Below, piece after piece: positions 55,741-64,000 of a DNA stretch of 64,000 nucleotides (position 1 is its first letter; each line of letters starts with the position of its first letter). A program made the position numbers and the translations under genes. The notes under the pieces were generated by a model. That model was not told where the DNA came from. It did not search any database and saw only the letters and a list, made by a program, of their open reading frames with translations. Source of the DNA: Bugula neritina (lineage: Eukaryota; Animalia; Bryozoa); NCBI GenBank assembly GCA_964035545.1, contig OZ037766.1, forward strand, positions 20,200,767-20,264,766, in the 5' to 3' direction.

Positions 55741-57079
55741 ACTAACTGTTAACATAAGATTTTCACTTAGCAAAAGTAAAAGTAAAAGTAAAACTAAATG
55801 ATACTTGACAGTACATTTAATAAATCAGATTTAATCTTATACTTATACTTATAGTTATACTTATAGTTATACTTATAGTTATAGTAAGTAAGTCACTAAG
55901 TTAATCACAATAAAGAATAATTATTATTATAATAAATATTATTGAAAAAAAATTAATGATGATCTGCACTAAGTTCTAGGTTATAGCATAACTAAATTAA
56001 TAATCTTTTATTTAACTGAAACAACAAAGTTAAATGGAGTGGAATTTTGTTGTATTCTCGGTATTTTCTGTCACAGCATCAGAGTGGTATATATTACCAC
56101 ACTGCACAGCATGAGTGTTTTCTTCACTGAACTGGAAGAGGTTATTATTTCTAGTTCTTTGGTTTTCTTGGAACCCGGGGTCCAACATCGCTTTATGATA
56201 AAAAGCAGTGGAAATCACCACCGCCAGTAGGGTACTCCCGCTTCGTTTGTCCACCACTAGTAGTTAAACCTGAGACTATGTCAAGTATAAGCAGCTGTAC
56301 TGAACCCCTCGAAAGTTGCTGGAAGCGGTACCAAAATGATGCTTACTGAGTGTATTGGTTTGGAGTTTCAGACAACGATGCCTCAATAAATTCTGCACTC
56401 AAAGTGATAAATTTACTAGGGCGAGTGGGGATGTTTTTTAGACGTTAACATTGGGGTCACCCCCAACTTGGTACCCGTACTGCTTCTAGTTCTAGTTCTA
56501 TTTGGATTTCTAACAAATAACAATCTTCGAACCCCTAGGACTACTAGTACTAGTACTAGTACAATAAGTACTCTTCTTATTAGGAGTATGATTAGGTCGC
56601 AGTCATAACTACCAGTGAATGTGATTTTAGAATAGAAGTTACTTCCAATGATTATCATTTTGGCAAAGTTATATTTTTATTAATTAGTATTACTATTATA
56701 ATTATGTGCAAACAGTTTGAGTTTCAGTTTGTCGGTTGCTCAATTTCAATGCCTGTTAGTGTTTTACATGTACTTAAAGTTTTAGTATAAATATAATGTT
56801 TTAACTTACTATAAGTATTAGTATAACTATAAGTATTAGTATAAATAATATTATTTTTTAAATTTATGCTGTGATAATCTGCTAGAAGACAAAGTACTAG
56901 AAGTTTTGTAATTTTAATTTAAAAATCTAAACTTTTACTTTTAGTTTGAGTTACTTTGTAATCTCCAATTGTTAGTTATACATATTAATTTATTATATAT
57001 TAAATTTAACATATATGAACTTATGGCATTAAACTTGAATTTTCCCAATACAATGTGTTTTAGCATTTTTCAGGAGACA

Positions 57080-57720
57080 CTCATTAATCAAACAGGATAG
57101 TAACCACATATTTTTTTCCATCTCTCTTGTGTGTTGTTAGCAATCTTCCACGCACCTGCGAGTACATTTTGTTTCAAGGAAGCAGAGAAGATATGCTAAA
57201 GACATTCTGCATTGATATTAGGCTTTATTAGTAATTGGTACTTAAGAATCTGGTCCTGGCCTGATGATCTATTGCTTTTAGGTTCGTTTTTCAGCATCCT
57301 GCAATGTAACGAGAAATAATGTTTGTGCTGTTTATGCATTCGATTTATTTGTCTTGGTGACTCAGTCTAGCCCTGGAAGATTTATATCTTCAAGCAAAAT
57401 GATCTCACAGTCTGGAAAGTTGTATTTGATGGAGAGTGTTTGATATCTTGTGTTAATGCCCTCGGTCTATAGTAGCAACATAGGTCTAGATTATTTGGAA
57501 TTAGAATAATTGCTATTTCTTTTTATTTTTGTTTCAAAGGAGGCATTTCTGGCATTAAGTTTTCATTGACAGTAATCACAACCCCCTCCCCTATATGTTG
57601 CAGTCATTTCTAAAGAAATCTAAGCCGGGTGCTTCTATTGCTGTCTCGCTAAACACAAATTGGTCAATATGTGTTTCTGTTAAACAAATCAAGTCATAAT
57701 ATTGGCTAATTACAATTTTC
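57080..57720 (-). mobile_element. Degenerate LINE APE endonuclease fragment
   Basis: Minus-strand YDLICLTETH and RND...GGG remnants with stops. Confidence 0.6.
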
Positions 57721-57959
57721 ACTAGTTTTTTTCAATACAATAATAACTTCCTGTCCTCAAAAGACTTTAATCATCAGCGGTGTGTTTCACAGTCTACCCT
57801 AGTGCTGTGCTATATTTTTGATGTTAGAGCAATAATCTAGTTGCTTGTGGTTTAAGGCTTCTATGTAATAGTTTCTTATCAAAGCAAGTAATGGGCATTG
57901 GAATAAATAAGTATAATATTATTTACATGACATATCTAAACACATATAAAACTCATGGG

Positions 57960-58147
57960 TGTATATAGTTACTATCCCAAATGAAAAGGGTTTTTTGATG
58001 CAGGCTAAGGACTTATTCAGTTGAGGAACTATAGCAATTATGACTGGATGCTTGACCTGACATCACCAATGGCCTTTACTGAGATTTGAACCCATGACTT
58101 TATGTTTAATAAACCAACGCTCTAGCTCTTCGACCATGACTGCTCCC
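57960..58147 (-). mobile_element. tRNA-derived SINE
   Basis: A-box-like TGGTCGAAGAG and B-box GGTTCAAATC at tRNA spacing, followed by a non-tRNA body shared with ~51505. Confidence 0.65.
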
Positions 58148-58586
58148 TTTATCTAAACACATATATTGTGTTTTAAATCTATATTAACCATTCTAGTTTG
58201 TCTCTTGATCAATCTTGATATGACAATCATAAAAATTGCATTAAATTAAATAATACCTAATTCGGTAACAAAAGAAATTTTTAGAAAATCTAAATACATT
58301 GTGCAATTTTTTTTCTAGTTTTTTAATAAGATAAATATGATTCAGAGCATTTTTATGTTTACTGTCCCATTAGCACTAGGCTTCGCTTAGGTTTGCCTAT
58401 TTTCATTTATTTGGCAGCATTGTATCATTCAAATAAATAAGGTGAAACTTTGTGCAAAGTTTTTATTTACTAAAAGTAATGCATTAAAATAACATTTATA
58501 CAACAGGTATATTATAAATCATAAATACCTTATTTGTTTTTAGAGATTTCTATGGAATATAACCTCTTTAGCCAGCCTGAATAGAA

Positions 58587-61500
58587 ATGTCTGCAGCTGA
58601 AAGCATTGCATCTCTAAAAACTTCTATTGACCAGATATCGCATAACCTTTCTACGATTACTGCCACTGTTTCTAAGTCTAACATCTGCAATGGAGGCAGT
58701 AATGATACGCTTGATGCTGTTGCTAAGGAAATGCGTGAAATTGATAGTCGAGTGTCAGATCTTCTGTTGACGGTAAGGGAATAGCTAAAGATGTAGGTTC
58801 TCTGTTTATCTTAGATATGTTATGGTGATGAAACTTTGCATACTTCTGCTAATCACACGTCCCTATTTCTTAAAATGTACAAATTCACAAATTTACTTTA
58901 TTTCAGCAATCAGCCAATCATGCTCACAGTGTTCAAAATCTATTTTTAGCTATGCTAGACAGTTGTCGAACTAATTGCTTGTAAATAGTTTGTACAAGTA
59001 GGCGCTTAAAACTTGAATTTTCTAAATTAAAACAATTTTGTATTTTTAACAACTCTTTTTTTGAGTTAAATAATTTCGCGTGTTCGTGTGTGTTCGTGTG
59101 TGTGTCAGAAAAGACAAAACTGAAATTAGTTGTGTTTTTAATAATCATCCAGGATTCTAAATTTTGTTGAGGATATTGCTGTATCTTTCAAGATTTTTTA
59201 ACTTTCATTGTTTCTATTGCTTATATTAAGTTATAACTATTATCATTTTGATAGTTTGCATTCATATGTTGTACTTTGAGAAATTTAAATGAGCCAGTTA
59301 TTCAATTAAAAGGTTTAATGAAGGTAATACATGCTTATCTAGATAGAGCATTGTGAAGATTTAGAGAAGAGTGACATTGACTTAGCTGCTTTATTGGCTA
59401 CTGATACTCCAAGCCAAAATCTACTCAATTCTGAGGTTAGTGAAATACTTTCAATCTGATTTATTGAATACACCACCAAGACATGCTTACTGCATCACAT
59501 TGTGTTTTCTAAATTCTTATAATTTATTTTTATCTTGAAATTTTTTCTCATCAGTTATGAATCTCCTGAGCATTGCGCCTTACTAATTGTATCACAAAAT
59601 TCATCAACCTACATACTCTATTTATGTTTAGGAATTCCCTGATGACGATGAAGATTTGTTTGATGATGATTTTGAAGATTCCCTTATTGAGGTATATGTG
59701 AATACATAATTATGAAATGAAAATGATTTTATCTATTACTACAGTGATATAGTTACTAACTTTGAAGTAAGTATAATGCACATTTTTGAATATACCGTTC
59801 ATTATTGCAGGAAATGGATAAAAGCGAAAAGTCTCTCAAAAATTCAACTGATTCAGACCCTGTTACCAGCAATGGTATGCATCATCAAATACATACTAAG
59901 TGTAGATGGCATTGTCAACTTTGTATGATAGTTTCTATAATAGTATTCAGTATAATAAATGCTTGTTGATTTTCTGTTTTCATGCTGTGGTGGAATCATC
60001 TTCTCTCCATCTAAAAAGAGTCACATTAATATGCATATCTTTTTAATATGAAGTTGGCAATGAGTATAATAACAAATACACGTCAATTGTAAGTTGTTGC
60101 AATATGTAAAGTATCAATGTTACGAATAATTTACTGTTTTTCAGCTAGCTTTAGAATTGTGGTATAACCAGTTTTTCAAATTCTACAGAAGTTGGAGATG
60201 TTTCTGTTGATAAGAAGTACTTGGATGTATTGAAGAGGTTCTTTGGGTTTTCAAGTTTTAGGCCGTAAGTTGCATACAGTAAGATACATATAGTAAGTTA
60301 TATACAGTAAGTTATATACAGTTATATACAGTGAGATATATACAGTAAGATATATACAGTGAGATGTATACAGTGAGTTATATACAGTAAGTGATATACA
60401 GTAGGATATATATACAGTAAGATACATATACTAAGTTATATACAGTAAGTTATATACAGTAAGTTATATACAGTGAGTTATACACAGTAAGTTATATACA
60501 GTAAGATATATACAGTAAATTATATACAGTGAGATATATACAGTAAGTTATATACAGTGAGATATATACAGTAAGTTATATACAGTGAGATATATAGAGT
60601 AAGTTATATACAGTAAGTTATATACAGTGAGTTATGTACAGTGAGATATATACAGTGAGTTATATACAGTAAGTTATATACAGTGAGTTATATACAGTGA
60701 AATATATACAGTAAGTAACATATATGGGGGATAACTGGACATGTAGATAGTGTAGAATAACAGCATTGCTAATTGGCTGCAGGTTTTGACATGGTACATT
60801 ATTAGACTGAATTTCCTCACATGTGAATTGTTTGGATACTTTTTAGAATGCAGTGGAAAATTATTAAAACAGTTTTACAAGAAAAAAGAGATCAATTGGT
60901 AGTGATGGCTACAGGCTATGGCAAGAGTCTATGCTATCAGTTCTCATCAGTGTATACAGAAAAGGTGACGGTTGTCATATCCCCTCTGCTCTCATTGATG
61001 GAGGACCAGGTTCTTGCTTTGATGTAGGTTCACTTTTCTACAGCAAATGAAGTATTTGTCTACCAGTAAATATGCACGGATGTTTTAATTTCCATAGAGC
61101 TTCAACTCTCCAAGTTGCTTTTCGTTGAAACTGCACTATATACTATATAATATCACACTATACACACACATGCACGCACACGCCGCACACGGTGTTGAAA
61201 AGTCTGTTTATACCATTGAAGGACATCCGGTATCTCAGCCTGCCAGCTCAGCTCATCTACAAATGATATGCAGTTGAAGAAACAAGAATGTTTGTCAGGA
61301 AAGTATCACATCATCTATTTGACTCCTGAAATGGTTGACCTTGACTTGACCTTTATCAACTCTCTCAATGACGGTGTTGGTGAGTGAGTTATTCATGGGT
61401 TAAAACTATTCATATAGTTTGTGTCAAAATGAGGTATTTTTAAGTTTAGTGTTTGCCTATTAAACTCTTCTGAAAAATATAGATACTAAGATTAAGATCT

Positions 61501-63984
61501 TCTTTAGCATGTTATCTTTATGTTCATCCTCTGAATGATAATATATTTTGCCTTGTAAGTTCTTAGTTCGATGAGCTTTATCTCCACAAAATAAAAAAGC
61601 GTGCCATAAAACAAATTCAAATATTCTTTTTAAAGTCTTTTTTACAAATAAAATAAAATATTTTTACAAAAATTAGCAGCAGCAAACATTCAATATCAAT
61701 TGATATTATTTGAAATAAATGCAGTGTTTTCCAACCAATTAATTTTAATTTTATTTGTATTTAATGTGTTAACTAAAAAAACAGTTGTTTTCTGTATAAC
61801 ATTATTTTGAGTCATGTTTGGAAAAAATAGTTTATGCCAATGCCATGTTACTTTAAATTTTGTTATTTCATCATCAAAAGAGTTAAAAGTTCTAGTAACA
61901 AAATATCTAGTAATTCAGTAAAATCAAAGTAGTAACTGTACTAAGGTTGACTGTAGCATTGTGTATAAATATCATCTTCAGGATGCTTGAAAATTTAAAT
62001 CACATATTAATTTTAGATCAAATAGTTATTATTGTACTGCTGGTGTATAATCAAAACCAGTGACCACAATCAGCATGCAAAAATAGCAATGCTTGGATTA
62101 TGAACACTGGCAAAAAACTAAAAATGCCTTTTCTCTAACCATAATTTTGTTGCATTAGCAACTACTATGATTGCCAAATTCTGCTCTTTACGACTTAGGG
62201 CTTGATATGATTGCTATTGATGAGGCACATTGTGTGTCGCAATGGGGACATGACTTTCGACCAGCCTACCGTCAGCTACACAAGCTTAAAGAGCAATTTC
62301 CAAAGGTGAGACATTAAAACGCCTCCAAATATTCTCTGAACTTTAGTTTCTGCTTGTAACGTATTTCGATTTTATCCTTCGGATGCACTTGCCACCTTAA
62401 ATCGAAATCAGTATTTTTTATAAAAATGGAAGCTTCTAATATGCTATAGCTTGTTTGTAATTTGAATATTGTTACCTAGTCTGCTTGCTAATTGCTAATT
62501 TAGATGAAGCAAGTTTAAACTAATCATCAACAAAAAGTAAAATAAATGCGTCTACCTTATGCTAATCTACCAATAGAAGTTTTTTATTGGCCCAATTTTG
62601 AATCCGGAAAATTTTTAAAAATATTGTGAAACTGTTATAATTATTTGTTGGCCTGCGCAGCTCTTGCGTTAGACTGAGAACCAAGCCTCGCTAAATTGCT
62701 GATCGTTTCTGTAGATTCCATTGTTGGCACTGACTGCGACAGCCACGCCTACTGTTCGTAAAGATATATGCAGGGCATTGAAACTTGTTAGACCGGTTGT
62801 GACTTGTGCTGGATTTGACAGGTGTGATGTGTACATTATTGTGATATAACCATCGGTATTATTGTGAATAATATATACCCTGTCTTAATGTAGATATACC
62901 ATAGTTATGTATGTACATACTATGTATATCTGAACTGGGTTAAATGGTAAACCTAGTTAGTCAAAGTTGCTAGGACCTAGTGTTGAGCTATTTGATAAGT
63001 TGAGTGGACTATTTGACCGATCGTTCTAGTCCTGCACTAATTAGTTGTATAGTTTTAATATTGTAATTATCAACTTTTGTAATTTGAAAGGGGTGCATCA
63101 ATATAATTTCAATATTTAGTTTGGGGTTATGCTGATACTGCAATACCTTTGAATATGTTAATCAACAGTAAGTAAATTGCTGGTGATGAATTAATTATTA
63201 GAACTGTTAGAGTCAAAGTGATGACAAACAGTCTGTTGAAATTTTATGATCTGTGTAGGCCAAACTTGTACCTTTCCGTAACCTTGAAGTCTCCCAGTAT
63301 GGCTAATGATCTCCGGTCTGTTATGAAAAGAGGAGTTGATAATAAGCACAGGTTTGAAGGCTCAACTGTGATTTACTGTCCAACTAGGAAACAGGCAGAG
63401 AGTTGTCAGTCCGTTTTGTTGAGTGAGATTATTACCTTTATTATATTATGTTATTATATTATTGTATTACATTATGTTATAATATTATGCTATAATATTA
63501 TGTTATTTTATTGTGCTATTATTGCTACCCTTTTCGGTGTTTCAATACACTGTTTTATCTTAATTATATTACTACTATATGTTTCAAGCCTGTAATATCT
63601 ATCATACAATTACATCTTACTCCAGCTTGACACATATCATGTTTATAAAGTATCATATAATCATGTATTACAAGCAAGCTTTCTACACCGCATTCATTTT
63701 TCATAGCGTGAGCTTTAAGTTTTGAAATTTTGCATAATAGTTTCTCTATGCCTTTATTTTATATAAAGTGTTTAGCTTGGAAGAATATTTCAAATTTCTT
63801 ATCAACTAAAATTTTGCAGCACTCGGGGTGGAATGTGAGTTGTATCATGCCGGAATAAGCTACACCAACAGACGCAAAGCTCACAAAAGTTTTGTGAATG
63901 ATAAGATACCAGTTATAATTGCAACTGTTGCATTTGGGATGGGTATTGATAAGCCAGATGTGCGAAGAGTTATTCACTATGGGG
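58587..63984 (+). CDS. WRN: WRN-type RecQ helicase, continuing beyond the window; exons 58587-58772, 59343-59435, 59632-59691, 59811-59874, 60189-60264, 60847-61023, 61222-61379, 62199-62305, 62715-62821, 63259-63422, 63820-63984
   Basis: Motifs [88 protein letters not shown]; phase-consistent GT-AG introns. Confidence 0.92.
60275..60716. repeat. 15-bp minisatellite (TATATACAGT[A/G]AG[T/A]T-like) in a WRN intron
   Basis: Directly visible tandem array. Confidence 0.95.
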
Positions 63985-64000
63985 GTAGGTAACTCCTAAA

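Noticed and set aside
57960-58147. Possible tRNA gene
   Set aside because: It has A/B boxes but no complete cloverleaf and continues into a repeat body, so a SINE fits better.

Overview
AT-rich animal (invertebrate-type) genomic DNA with spliceosomal introns. About 1-16 kb is a graveyard of nested, decayed transposons: LINEs, a Harbinger element split by a Gypsy LTR element that is itself split by a hAT, pogo/Tigger elements, and a Penelope fragment with two hammerhead ribozymes. At 20260-26305 lies a very young LTR element (468-bp LTRs identical by eye, 4-bp TSD, tRNA-Ala PBS) that encodes only a Gag-like protein with a hydrophobic C-terminus. Host genes: an OSR1/SPAK-family Ste20 kinase (+, 27951-31614); two tandem, highly diverged five-exon paralogs encoding type I membrane proteins with Ig-like ectodomains (-, 36075-39810 and 47656-52730), which the ORF track shows only as fragments; and a WRN-type RecQ helicase apparently lacking the exonuclease domain (+, 58587 to the window end). 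Other signals: a family of ultra-short (35-46 bp) TIR/TSD elements and self-complementary TAGTAT mosaic tracts near probable gene 5' ends. All calls were made by eye without database searches.
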